The notes below the pieces were generated by a model, which searched no databases, was not told the origin of the DNA, and saw only the letters and a program-made list of their open reading frames with translations. Position numbers and translations under genes: made by a program. Positions 40,101-48,949 of a DNA stretch of 64,000 bases are shown here, in pieces (the first letter of the stretch is position 1; every line of letters starts with the position of its first letter). The DNA is from Eledone cirrhosa (Eukaryota): the NCBI GenBank assembly GCA_964016885.1, contig OZ024741.1:395994001-396058000 (forward strand), written 5' to 3'.

Positions 40101-43100
40101 ATGATGGTATACTTGCCATCACTGATACTGATAAGAAGATAGCTTGGAAGTGTCACTACGAGAGGCTACTAAATGAGGAGAATAAGTGGGAAAAAGATAG
40201 TCTGCCCCAAATCGATCCAATAGAGGGACCAGCAGTGCAAGTTGAAGGTAGTATAATAAGTAAGGCAATCAAAGATATGAAGACAGGCAAAGCAGCTGGG
40301 CCTTCGGGGATAGTTGCTGAAATGCTGAAAGCATCTGGATCGGTGGGACACACTATGGTCACCCGGATAGTAAACCAAGTCATACAGAATGGGGTCATAC
40401 CAAATGACTGGCGTAGCAGCATCATCATTAACTGCTACAAGGGTAAAGGAGATGCCCTAGATAGGGGAAACTATAGAGGCATTAAATAATTGACCAAGTC
40501 ATGAAGGTCACAGAAAGAGTAATAGCGCAACTAATCAGAGATCGAATTGATCTAGATGAAATGCAGTTTGGGTTTGTGTGAGGTAAAAGTACCACAGACG
40601 CTCTTTTCCTTGTACGACAACTACAGGAGAAGTACCTAGCTAAAAGTAAACCCCTCTACTTAGCTTTTGTAGACTTGGAGAAAGCCTTTGACAGAGACCC
40701 CGCCTCATTATCTGGTTGGCTCTTAGAAAACTAGGTGTAGATGAATGGCTTGTGAGAGCTATACAAGCTTGTATAATGAAACAGTCAGTAAGGTTAGAAT
40801 TAACAACGAATATAGTGAAGAATTTAGCGTAAAAGTTGGTGTTCATCAGGGCTCTGTCCTTAGCCCCCTCCTATTTATTATTGCCCTTCAGGCTATAACA
40901 GAGGAGTTCAAGACCGGCTGCCCATGGGAACTTCTATATGCAGATGATCTAACGCTCATAGCTGAATCAATGGCTGAACTAGAGAAGAAATTCCAAACAT
41001 GGAAGCATGGCCTAGAATCAAAAAGCCTTAAAATTAACTTGTCTAAGACTAAAGTTCTAGTTGGTAGGAAGGAAAATAGGGCTACAGTCCCATCTGGGAA
41101 ATGGTCATGCTCAGTGTGTTGGAAAGGAGTAGGCAGAAACTCCATTTTACGTCCCAAATGCAAAGTATGGGTGCATAAAAGATGTAGTGGGATCACAGGT
41201 AAGCCAACTAAGAACATACATTTTATATGTGGCCGGTGCTCAGGTGCAATAAGTAGTAGTAAGTGCCCACAGGATACTAGCTCCTTCCATTGCCTAGATA
41301 GCTCTATAGAAATAGTGGACACCTTCCGTTACCTGGGTGACAAAATCAGCAGTGGTGGAGGGTGCTCTGAAAGTACAGTAGCCAGAGTCAGAACGTGATG
41401 GAAAAAGTTCAGAGAGCTTATACCACTATTGGCCGCTAATGGTTTCTCTCTAAAAATGAAAGGCAGACTGTATGATGCCTGCATACGAACAGTAATATTA
41501 CATGGCAGTGAGACATGGGCATTGTGTGCAGAGGATCTGCGCAGACTGGAGAGGAACGAAGCGTGCATGCTCCGCTGGAAGTGTAATAGTAATATACGTG
41601 AACAGCAAAGCATAAATGAACTAAGTGAGAAATTAGGAATAAGAGGGATCAGATGCTGTTTACTCAAGAGAAGACTACGTTGGTATGGTCACGTGATGCG
41701 CATGAAAAACGACAGCTGTATAAAAAAGTGCAGGGCGATTAAAATTGATGGTAGTTACAGAGTAGGCAGACCCAGAAAAACCTGGGACGATTTGATAAAT
41801 TCCAACCTTACACACTTACACCTCTCCAAGACAATGTCACTGGACCGAGATCTTTGGCGCTACGCAGTAATACAGAAGACCCGCCTTGCCTAAGTACAAA
41901 GCGAAACCTACAGTCAGTAGGCACCTCTTAATCAAATATGCACCCCCATCCCACTAACCCAACTCCCCCGCCCCCATCAACACCACCCCTTTCTCTGTAA
42001 AGTTATGTTGGTACCACATCATCCAGTCCTAAATAAATGAGGTCATGTAGGTGTCACGACAAAAAAACACACAGTCCACGCTGTAATGTGGCTGTGTAGG
42101 TAACACGGTAAAACCTCCAAGTCCACACTGTAAACGTGGTTGGTGTTAGGAAGGGCATCCAGCCGTAGAAAACCTGCCAGACAGTCCTATACGAGCAAGA
42201 CAACCAATCTTGCCTCAAGTGGGACAATTTCCGTCTAAACCCATGCTAGCGTGGAAGATAGACGTTAAACGATGATGATGATGATGATGATGATAGAGTA
42301 ATATAAATGCTAAAGGGTTAAAGGTACATATAAACGTTTTATTGTTTATAACTGAAAAGTTCATCTTGTATGGTTGTGTGGAGATCGCTTTTCAATCACA
42401 CAAATAAAGTAATAGACCAATTGACCATATTATGTGGTTAACAATCAATATGTCTAAACTAAAAGTCTGAATATTTATCAAATCTTTCTGTAACACATGT
42501 TGTTCATCATCAATGTTGTTTTAATATCCACTTTCCCCACTAGCAAGGGTTAGCCAGGTCTACATAAATCAAGTCAGTACTGAAGCAGGGCTACTGACCT
42601 CCCAGGCTGACTGAAGGGGCCTGTTTCTCACTTACATATGGTCTTATGTTCTATCAAGTAGAGAGAAGAAGTTGTCATGCCTTTTGGCACAAACTGAAGG
42701 GTCCTCCGAACCCCTTGTTTGACAAGCTTTCTATGGCTGGATGCCCTCCCTAACACTAATCCCTTTACAGCATGTACCAGGTACATATAGATCACATATG
42801 TATATATTGAAAATAAGTAAGCTGCTTCAAGGGTTTTAGACTATGAAAATAGTCAAACAAGTTGGTTATATAAGCCTCTAGAGTCATGCTGCCAATAAAA
42901 ACACATGCACTGGTTAAGTTTCAATTTTCTTTATTATTATTAATCAAGTAGCTAAAACCATTCATCATTTGGTTAAACAACCAAACAGCTATTCCCTTAA
43001 CTGTTAAAGTTCTTTCACCATACATTCTGCATCATGATAAAATGCACCCAGTACACTCTGTAAAGTAGTTGTGCCAATGTCATAATAAACTGCACTCAGT

Positions 43101-46100
43101 ACATGCTGTACAGTAACTATCATTGAGAAGGGCATCTAACCATAGAAACCATGTCAAATGGAAGCATATAGGCAGGACGTGATCATCCAACCAGATATTT
43201 TCACTACAATGTGTTTGATAAATGTGTTGGGTAATCAGATGTTTTCAGTGACCCAGGACACCAGATGAGATAGTTCAGTGACCCAGGACACCAGATGAGA
43301 TAGTTCTGTGACCCAGGACACCAGATAAGATAGTTCTGTGACCCAGGACACCAGATAAGATAGTTCTGTGACCCAGGACACCAGATAAGATAGTTCTGTG
43401 ACCCAGGACACCAGATGAGATAATTCTGTGACCCAGGACACCAAATGAGATAGTTCAGTGACCCAGGACACCAGATGAGATAATTCTGTGACCCAGGACA
43501 CCAGATGAGATAATTCTGTGACCCAGGACACCAGATGAGATAGTTCAGTGACCCAGGACACCAGATAAGATAGTTCAGTGACTAAGGACACCAGATGAGA
43601 TAGTTCAGTGACTAAGGACACCAGATAAGATAGTTCAGTGACCCAGGACACCAGATGAGATAGTTCTGTGACCCAGGACACCAGATAAGATAGTTCAGTG
43701 ACTCAGGACACCAGATGTTTAACCCTTTAGCGTTTAAACCGGTCGTATCCGGCCAGAATTCTCTCACCTCTTTCTGTTTAAACCAGCCGTAACTGACTGC
43801 TCATACTTATATTAAGGTATTGTTCTCAAAATAAATAATATCAAAATATCATAGATTCAATATTATGTGAGATAATTACGTGAGGTAAAGCCTTTACCAT
43901 GAAAATGTAATAGTATATATGTAAATGTTAAAGGGTTAACCCTTTAACATTTAAACCAGCCATAGATAATTCTGAGATAATTCTGGCCGGCCAGAATTAT
44001 CTCACCCCTTTCTGTTCAAACTGGCTGTAACTGGCCACTCATACTGGCATTAAGGTATTGTTCTCAAAATAAATAACATTAAAATCTCATAGATTCGATA
44101 TTATGTGAGATAAAGCCTTTACCATGAAAATACAATAGTAAATATAGAATAATGTAAATGCTAAAGGTTAAACCATAATGTATGTTTGATGTTAAATCTA
44201 TCAGAGAGAGGCCTATAATTAGTCGTTTCATAATCTTCATTTTGGTGAGTAACACAGCCAAGGTCCGACAAAGAATTTACAAAGATGCAGCTGGAAAAAG
44301 AAAACTTTTAAATTTTTAGCAGTGACGGATTTCAAAGTTTTGTCATCGCATGATGCAACTGAGAGTACATGACTCCCTCCTGGACAGGACACCAGTCCAT
44401 TGCAGGGTTAAACCCTCAGCTATTGCTGTTGGTACTCATTTTCAGCTGAGTATACTGGAGCAATGTGAAATGGAATGTTTTGCTCAAGAACACAACACAC
44501 CACCCAGTCCAGGAATCGAACCCACGACATTATGATCGCAAGTCCAACACCCTTACCACTAGGCCACATACCCCCCAGTCCAGGAATCGAACCCACGACA
44601 TTGTGATTGCAAGTCCAACACCCTTACCACTAGGTCACATACCCCCCAGTCCAGGAATCGAACCCACGACATTGTGATTGCAAGTCCAACACCCTTACCA
44701 CTAGGTCACATACCACCCAGTCCAGGAATCGAACCCACGACATTGTGATTGCAAGTCCAACACCCTTACCACTAGGCTACGCGCCCTAGTAGCTAATTAG
44801 TATTAAACTGCACCTAATTTTCAATTACTGACTCGGAGGAAAAGGAGCAGCTAAGATAGGTTATATTCGATTATTGATTTTTGAAAAATATCTGAAATTA
44901 AAAATAAAAAAGTTCCACGAACTGACATCTAAACAGGGAGTGGAGATGAAAGAAAGCAATAGAAAATAAAATCAAAATCTAAAAATAATTATTACACCCC
45001 AATCGACGTAAACTTTTAAGAAAATCAATATATTTAACTGCGTATAGGAATAGAGGCATTGGTGTAGAATAGCGTCGTATATGGCCTGCAATAAAGTGAA
45101 ACTGGAAGGAAATGATTATTTGGACAATAAAATGAAAATACGAAGAAATTAGAATCGTATTGTAATCTCAGTTAAATTGAAGTTGATGTTTACATACTTT
45201 CGGGTTCCAAATAATAGGGAGGGGTTGGAAAATCGGTAATTTTTCTAGGTTGTCTCCATTGAAATTTAAAAAAAAAACAGAATTAGTCATTTAGTTTACA
45301 TATTGAGACCCCCCAACCCATCCTATTTGCTTTATAACGCATGGGATTTCTTATAATGCTATAAAATATTTTTTATTATAGTTGTATAAATTTACAGTAG
45401 AATAACGTTGCAAATATGTTTTAAATATATACATAACAAATGCGTAAACAAACCAAAAATTGCTCGCAATTCGTTCAGGACAAATATGTCTAAACCGTGT
45501 ATAACACAATAATATAGATTCATAATCAAAAAAATGATAAAAGAGAGAAAGAAGGGAAAAGAGGGGGGGGGGGCAATTCACCACTAAGTGCGACAATCGG
45601 CAACACCTCACAACTTAGGGGTTAACTGTAGACTTTGAGGCAAGCCAACACGCTTGCAGCATTACCACGGGTGATGGCGAGGCTAAGGCGCTGGAACAAC
45701 CAGGCACCCTCACAGGCATCACCTGACACCACAGTCAAGCGAGCCGCCAGTGAAGACAAGAACTTCGCCGTCAGCGGCCCAACTCCACCGAATGTCTCGA
45801 ACACCACAGGCTAGAAAAAATAATTATTTGATAAGTCCTGGTATTTCCGAATTTTATTCCGTTCGGCGACAGAAGCAGTGACCTCCACATTCACTGCGGC
45901 GTCCATGATGAAGGAAGGAGCAAAAGAGTCACTGACTGTGACGTCCCAGATGAGACACCTAGGGACAAAGAGTAAGACCGTCTGGTCTCTTCCCACCACT
46001 TCTGGATAAACCAGCCGGCTCCAGAACTGTGGGGATATTAACCCGAACTAGGGCCCGTTTGATGATCTGGTTTAGCTCGGTGTGACGGGCAAAACGACAG

Positions 46101-47427
46101 GCATTCAGGCGGCAGGACAAACCATGTTGAGTCGAGGCACCCACGCGAAATGTAATGGAGATACGGAGTTCGTCCTGATTTGAGAAGGCCACCAATGTTG
46201 GCCACAGGCAGGTCATCAACCCCAAAGGAGCACAACGCTAATGTGGGGAGGAACCTCGATGGAAGAGAAAGACTCTGTGAACAGGGCAACAGTCTGTTGA
46301 TGTGAAGCTGGATGGTTGAGGAACAAGTGCTCACATTTGAAGCTGTTTACGTAAAAGGCCCCTACGGCCAAACTCCTCGATCATCATCTTCGCAGTAGCA
46401 AGGACCTTGTCTGGAAGCATCATCCAGATACCAGCCATTCAGATCCAGGTCAGCTCCCAACTTGGTGACGTCATCAATGCCTAGAACAAAAAGTGCAGGT
46501 CTGAGCGGGTCACCCTGTTGGACCTCTGTGGCAGATAGGAGATGGTCACCGAAGGTGGGGTAGGAAGGCTCCCGGTAGGTTTGCCAAGTAAAGTAGTAAA
46601 GCTGCGGAGCCCCCTCATTTACTGAACAGAGGATGACATCCCGACTAATGAAATTAAAGGCATTCCTGAGATCTAACTTGAGAATGACCTTGGGGGTTTC
46701 AGAAGGCAAGTTGGTAAATGCTCTGGTGGCGTGAGCAGCAGCCTCTCAACCCAGTATGGTACCCACCCCTACCTGAATAGGGAAAAATTCGGCGGACAAG
46801 CTGTCTGAAATCGAAGACAGACCTACCTTTGCGGTGAGCCGTCGCAGAGTCCACTCAACTGCTATGGGGGCGGAGGTCACCGTTGGGCTTTGTGAGACCA
46901 AACAGTTTAGCTCCAAAGAACAGGGGGCGAATATAAGAGTATTTTTAATGTCTAATGAAAATTAATTATTGTAGGAATGCTACCACTTAAAATAAAATTT
47001 CGCCGGAGATAGATTAGAAAATGTAATAACTGTGGGGACGGGGGATACTAGGGGGGGGGGGGGTTAAACGCGGTGTGGGGACGATTATTCGAGACCCGAA
47101 AGTATGATATGCATGATCAGAACTTTACAGCTCCACCACCACTAACATGAGAGAGAGAGAGAGAGAATTTGAAAATATACAGCAACAAATAAAATTAATT
47201 CATAAATAAATAATTCGGAATTTGACGAAAACCCAGATTTTAAACTTTGTTTAAATTGTTTCATTTTATGAGAGGTTATATCCACTCTAATGTATACCAA
47301 TACCGACATAGAACTATAGAAATATATAAATGAAAGAAATAATATACGTTACCTTAAGAAATGCATCGATTAGGTAAATAGATGACCAGAACCCCAGAAG
47401 TAGGGCTATCCAAGTTGATTGCAGCAT
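3907..47427 (-). CDS. MBTPS2: Membrane-bound transcription factor site-2 protease (S2P, M50 zinc metalloprotease), 9 coding exons, join(47427..47353,32258..31989,30026..29923,28861..28615,15558..15360,13334..13228,6910..6715,5447..5372,4126..3907)
   Basis: Manual splice gives GT-AG at all 8 introns with consistent phases and 1494 nt (497 aa + TGA). Contains HEFGH (HExxH), GAFV, AGVWHN, a Cys-rich/PDZ-like luminal region and NVIPCYALDG. Confidence 0.96.
4186..4504. mobile_element. Second TTAA-type MITE relic with triplicated left end
   Basis: TTAACCCTTTAGTTACCAA occurs 3x at ~50-60 bp spacing; degenerate right end GGTCATGAAAAGATTAA. Confidence 0.5.
4925..5325. repeat. 37-40-bp minisatellite (~10 units)
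   Basis: Unit ATGACTTAGTCTGACCTTGACTGTTACAAC(AAC)TGGAATT. Confidence 0.92.
5372..5447 (-). CDS. MBTPS2: MBTPS2 exon 8 (AVSNYVP...IETFC)
   Basis: TTTTCTGCAG acceptor; GTATCCTTT donor; 76 nt. Confidence 0.92.
5680..5915. mobile_element. Two oppositely oriented RTE 3'-end fragments
   Basis: (CAT)n-CGTTTAACGTCTATCTTCCACGCTAGCATGGG on the minus strand, then a decayed plus-strand terminus. Confidence 0.6.
6715..6910 (-). CDS. MBTPS2: MBTPS2 exon 7 (KFACLPAR...LLFLGDPLDLHYS)
   Basis: ACLPAR motif; TTCTCTTGTAG acceptor, CAG|GTAAAT donor; 196 nt. Confidence 0.93.
7162..10578 (-). pseudogene. Tx1-type ORF2 (APE-RT-zinc finger), premature stop at 8251 and downstream frameshifts
   Basis: 775-aa APE+RT ORF followed by 241-aa and 104-aa continuations. 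Confidence 0.9.
10612..12443 (-). pseudogene. Tx1-type ORF1 (gag-like CCHC knuckle), frameshifted near 11280-11400
   Basis: Two ORF pieces colinear with the uninterrupted ORF1 at 36302-38107. Confidence 0.85.
12734..13165 (-). repeat. Three degenerate copies of the MBTPS2 intron6/exon7 junction, separated by (TA)n and an RTE 3' fragment (12815-13029)
   Basis: ATCTGTGGTGGTTCTATCTGGTAGACAAACTTCTACAAGA matches 6875-6920 with a shared 4-nt deletion. Confidence 0.88.
13228..13334 (-). CDS. MBTPS2: MBTPS2 exon 6 (..DCCNQTSNTHLCFMY..)
   Basis: Cys-rich insert; TTTACAG acceptor, GTGAGT donor; 107 nt, phases 1/0 fit both neighbours. Confidence 0.9.
13453..13853. mobile_element. piggyBac-like MITE containing a nested SINE A (about 13501-13678)
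   Basis: TTAA-CCCT...AGGG-TTAA ends; MITE internal sequence resumes after the SINE. Confidence 0.82.
14255..14459. mobile_element. piggyBac-like MITE
   Basis: TTAA|CCCTTTAGCATT...AACATTAAAGGG|TTAA. Confidence 0.82.
14463..15170. repeat. 29/30-bp minisatellite, with a 59-bp dimeric pattern in its first half
   Basis: CTGATTTAGCAGGGACACAGAGCTAACCC alternating with CTGATTTAGCAGAGACACAAGACCAACCT. Confidence 0.92.
15360..15558 (-). CDS. MBTPS2: MBTPS2 exon 5 (GSAVSGRRGLAVGD..., PDZ-like region)
   Basis: GL.VGD.V PDZ-like motif; AAG acceptor, GTAAGT donor; 199 nt. Confidence 0.9.
15610..15870. repeat. Compound (GAT/GAC/GGT)n microsatellite
   Basis: Low-complexity trinucleotide tract immediately upstream of the exon 5 acceptor. 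Confidence 0.9.
15973..19778. repeat. 29-bp satellite array (~130 units)
   Basis: Unit TTGGAGGTAAATATTACACCTGTTTCTCT with CAC/CTC and 1-nt deletion variants. Confidence 0.97.
20397..23725 (+). mobile_element. Near full-length RTE-type LINE (APE-RT-PHD), several frameshifts, (GAT)n tail
   Basis: ORF pieces 20377-23429: FRVGTINV, VQETRW, GDFNGH, DLEKAFD, YADDL, C4HC3, FCYLG; 3' UTR and GAT repeats. Confidence 0.95.
24004..25290 (+). mobile_element. 5'-truncated RTE-type LINE
   Basis: Open 3' part of the ORF (PHD, FRYLG, RRLRWYGHV), 3' UTR and (GAT)n tail. Confidence 0.93.
26268..26585 (+). repeat. Degenerate ~48-bp repeats derived from the RTE 3' UTR
   Basis: AAAACACCCAGTCTACCCTGTAAAGTGGTTGTACTGGTGAC is homologous to the 2757-3320 unit. 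Confidence 0.8.
26587..28252. repeat. 37-bp hairpin-forming minisatellite (~45 units)
   Basis: Unit ACATGTGGTCTCTTGACCAGACATGTCTCATAACATG, followed directly by the RTE terminus CTAACCCATGC...(GAT)n up to about 28392. Confidence 0.95.
28392..28578 (-). mobile_element. SINE family A
   Basis: Reverse complement of 49880-50066; includes a B-box-like GAGTTAAAATCC. Confidence 0.8.
28615..28861 (-). CDS. MBTPS2: MBTPS2 exon 4 (EQVRVNGFG...PGAFV...AGVWHNF...SNILE)
   Basis: Conserved S2P motifs; TTTCTAG acceptor, GTGAGT donor; 247 nt. Confidence 0.96.
28981..29190. mobile_element. piggyBac-like MITE
   Basis: TTAA|CCCTTTAGCATTTA ... TAAATGCTAAAGGG|TTAA, perfect 14-bp TIRs. Confidence 0.88.
29263..29432 (-). 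mobile_element. RTE 3'-end fragment
   Basis: GCTGGATGCCCTTCCTAACACCAACC and CCACGGTTGCATGGGTTAG match the RTE 3' UTR. Confidence 0.75.
29435..29898. repeat. (GGT/GAT/GGC)n microsatellite
   Basis: Low-complexity tract that explains the poly-His/Thr/Gly/Val ORFs. Confidence 0.95.
29923..30026 (-). CDS. MBTPS2: MBTPS2 exon 3 (MPGVNLP...GILHEFGHALAAV)
   Basis: HExxH zinc motif, CCAG acceptor, AG|GTATGG donor, 104 nt. Confidence 0.96.
30085..30237. mobile_element. Possible Tc1/mariner-like MITE relic
   Basis: TATGAGGGTGGGTTAAAAAGTTCA left end and an imperfect inverted TGAACTTTCAAGC right end. Confidence 0.35.
31069..31395 (+). mobile_element. tRNA-derived SINE (family B) fused to an RTE 3' tail
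   Basis: A box TGGCTTAGTGG, B box GAGTTCAATTC, core GTGTCCTTGAGCAAGACACTTTATT, then RTE-like 3' UTR and (GAT)n. Confidence 0.82.
31712..31915 (+). mobile_element. SINE family A variant
   Basis: CTGAGTTCAAATCCCGCTGAGGTTAACTTTG...AAATAAAGTACCAGT. Confidence 0.75.
31989..32258 (-). CDS. MBTPS2: MBTPS2 exon 2 (SYHLAALRY...QQLLTPV)
   Basis: Acceptor TTTGCAG, donor GTG|GTATGT, 270 nt; RWYTTCFNR and WFSIGVAFG are S2P-like. Confidence 0.93.
32401..32622. mobile_element. piggyBac-like MITE
   Basis: TTAA-flanked CCCTTTAGCATTTA TIRs. Confidence 0.88.
33078..38224 (-). mobile_element. L1/Tx1-type LINE, second subfamily; ORF1 open, ORF2 internally deleted and disrupted
   Basis: ORF1 36302-38107 with CYYCSSRGHLRAAC; ORF2 pieces 36280-33315 (APE, RT YADD, zinc finger); same ATTTCTTTATTT.CC 3' terminus as the first copy. 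Confidence 0.93.
36302..38107 (-). CDS. Tx1-type ORF1 protein (CCHC zinc knuckle, basic KRKKRK motif)
   Basis: Uninterrupted reading frame homologous to 10612-12443; true start probably the internal ATG (MDGIF). Confidence 0.8.
   Translation of the reverse strand: MPWSSNFEFIYFRPFLGRIFQLKTYYGKLIEMDGIFTSHPNVKATPPKKGDTEKLEAQGSKSSLLTSAKETWNTELKEKFVKMGENPESHINTDKNNNDNNSNSHNTNQGKNNDNTKQSEPTTGASFAQAVRKTQTCKQLDITTLREKMKEAKQYVTFKEGGDFTITSPQEIKRDTTLRTISFRTISNITRKPTQLSQKEIELVLKNVWSDISFIQKGPLYGNITVLMKDQLTARKYSVALIVSKLHTFSPTYLGKRTQKIRVSGIRPNACISWVLTGFLEDEDGILSVGEVTTDVFGGWSVEVLVQMRPERIARIPQRVSLDGETFIYISAEGRRPICYYCSSRGHLRAACPQLTKKKALLPTPHTPPPPPPQQQQKQHGKITQDTAPPKTTPKTHTNTTKPQNTPLPDSTDEDPAETAPSDEEGEPFQPVKRKKRKHHSNINETNTQPPTKTKQTEQTKSAPPQNITHTTKRKHTQEQQTNTTQIKQYTYINTNNKELVKTIHKDPSVETEGQFFESAANKPHLKMIRLPMDTYAKLRENFPEDVGKTCTRPYNRVLLKRFPTHTSPNTPTPPQNNTPPNNPSNTPMDIVQPAPQEPNR
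38431..42294 (+). mobile_element. Full-length-like RTE-type LINE, decayed; ORF from ATG 38794 to 41893
   Basis: MANIT...FRVGT, then APE, RT, PHD with several stops and frameshifts; 3' UTR; (GAT)n tail; host MITE sequence resumes at about 42293. Confidence 0.92.
43236..43718. repeat. 30-bp minisatellite (~16 units)
   Basis: Unit GTTCAGTGACCCAGGACACCAGATGAGATA. Confidence 0.95.
43719..44171. mobile_element. Two tandem piggyBac-like MITEs sharing one TTAA (43936-43939)
   Basis: TTAA|CCC...GGG|TTAA|CCC...GG|TTAA. Confidence 0.85.
44345..44786 (-). mobile_element. tRNA-derived SINE (family B-like) with four tandem 71-bp heads
   Basis: Each head has TAGTGGTAAGG (A box) and GGTTCGATTCC (B box); body GTGTTCTTGAGCAAAACATT...TTGCTCCAGT. 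Confidence 0.88.
45195..47104. mobile_element. TA-flanked non-autonomous DNA element enclosing a CRE-like LINE
   Basis: TACTTTCGGGTTCCAAATAAT (45195-45215) versus inverted ATTATTCGAGACCCGAAAGTA (47084-47104), 18/21 match. Confidence 0.55.
45350..46930 (-). mobile_element. CRE-like non-LTR retrotransposon relic (RT + restriction-like endonuclease)
   Basis: KLDLRNAFN, QQGDPL.P.LF, WYLDD, HGLSC, ARH, KRPDG, WDVTV, K.RKY, FETFG and WLFQRLSLAITRGNA in broken frames. Confidence 0.88.
47353..47427 (-). CDS. MBTPS2: MBTPS2 coding exon 1 (MLQSTWIALLLGFWSSIYLIDAFLK)
   Basis: ATG in AAAATG context, 75 nt, hydrophobic N-terminus resembling S2P, donor AAG|GTAACG, phase 0 matching exon 2. Confidence 0.88.
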
Positions 47428-48949
47428 TTTGTGTGATTATATTTCAGTTTTGTTGATATTTTCACACGAAAACTTTTTGGTTATCCATCGCTTAGTAACA
47501 TTGATGAGTATTTTTTTTTCTGTTTGAGTGTTATTGCTGTTGTTTACGTTTATACTTTTTGTTTTATTAGTAATTAATACCTAATTAATATAATAGATTA
47601 AAGTATGTGTTTGTTTTCATAATGATTCCTTATGTGAGGGGTGTGTATGTGTGTAGATAGATGAGAGCTAACTTAAGATCTTTCAATGTTTCATTAACAA
47701 ACAAACGATGTGTGTTCTGTGGTAACTTGAAGTGTTTTACTTTTGTCAACATTTCAATAATTTTAAAATCAAAACAGAAGAAATATTTGGTAAATAAAAC
47801 AGCGGAGAAGGTTTAAAAAAACATGTGAACATTACAATAATAATATTGATAGTATTTTACGATGTAAAATTACCAACTTTAAAATAAATATTGCTTAGTT
47901 GGTGATATTGTGTTTGTTCCTAGCAACTTCTGGATCAATATTAAATACTTTAGTGAAGTGGTGAGATAAAATTCGATTTTACTATCAATACAATATGGCA
48001 GTGTCTATTATACATGCCGTGGGGAAAGATCTTTATATATTCTTTGGTGATTAGATGTGTTTTAAGGAACATGTATAAATGAATTATACATGAGAACTGT
48101 TTGGTCTCTCTCTTTATTTAGACATTTTGAATTAAACCGATTACAAATCAAAATTGTATTCCCTTGCATTTAAAATAAGAAGTCAGTGTCTACACTGTAA
48201 ACATTATTACAGCTAGATACATTAAATTAACATGTATGTGTTTATGTTTCTTCTGTTTAAGTCTTTCGGGGTCAGAAAACATTAATTTAGTTCTTCATCA
48301 GCTAATACCTGACAGGTAATATTTTCTTATAACATAGATCTTCCAATACATGAGATACAGATCAATAATTACTCTTGAACAATAGAAATCCAACAACTTA
48401 CCTGTATTCGCATATGTTAGTTCACACTTAGTATATAGATTATATTTACATGTACATATACAGATATCTATCTATACATAAATAAATATATATATTATAT
48501 ACATTACATATTTCTGCCTAAAACACTATAAGAAAGGTAGGCCGAAAGTAAATACACATGTTATTCCTGAATAAAATCTCCATTTATCGCTGGCTACTGT
48601 TAAATATATATTACCAAGTTGATATATAATAGTTGGTTTATTATTATCCGATAGTATAGCTGCAGTTTCAATAATGGGTTTCATTTGTAGTGGCCTGTTT
48701 CTTGTTTATTATTCAGAGCTTTTGTTGATAAAATAAATACACGTTTTGTAAAATATTGATTTGAAAGTTTTGACAAAAGTTGTCTCACCCTGTGAAAAAA
48801 AACAGGAAGTAACATTTGTGACATTAAATAATAACAAGTGCTTCATTACTCAGCATTGGAACTAGTTTTATTATTCACAGTTGTAGAAATATCATTACAT
48901 ATATTTAGAAAATGATAATATAAACACATTTAATAAATACAATTATCAT

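Larger units (their letters stand above)
32809..42321. mobile_element. piggyBac-like MITE with internal 72-bp tandem repeats, split by nested Tx1 and RTE LINEs
   Basis: Left TIR at 32809, internal repeat at 32960-33077 and 38225-38430, right TIR TAAATGCTAAAGGG|TTAA at 42304-42321. Confidence 0.8.

Noticed and set aside
44715-44786. Functional tRNA gene (also 31069-31140)
   Set aside because: Acceptor and anticodon stems are imperfect, there is no oligo-T terminator, and the sequence continues into a SINE body.
48255-48310. Minus-strand CTGATGA...GAAA hammerhead candidate
   Set aside because: No credible stem I or stem III pairing.
48393-48408. Consensus donor CAG|GTAAGT (minus strand) as an upstream non-coding MBTPS2 exon; nearby ETS-like CAGGAAGT at about 48823
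   Set aside because: I found no matching polypyrimidine acceptor before the ATG; it cannot be supported without transcripts.
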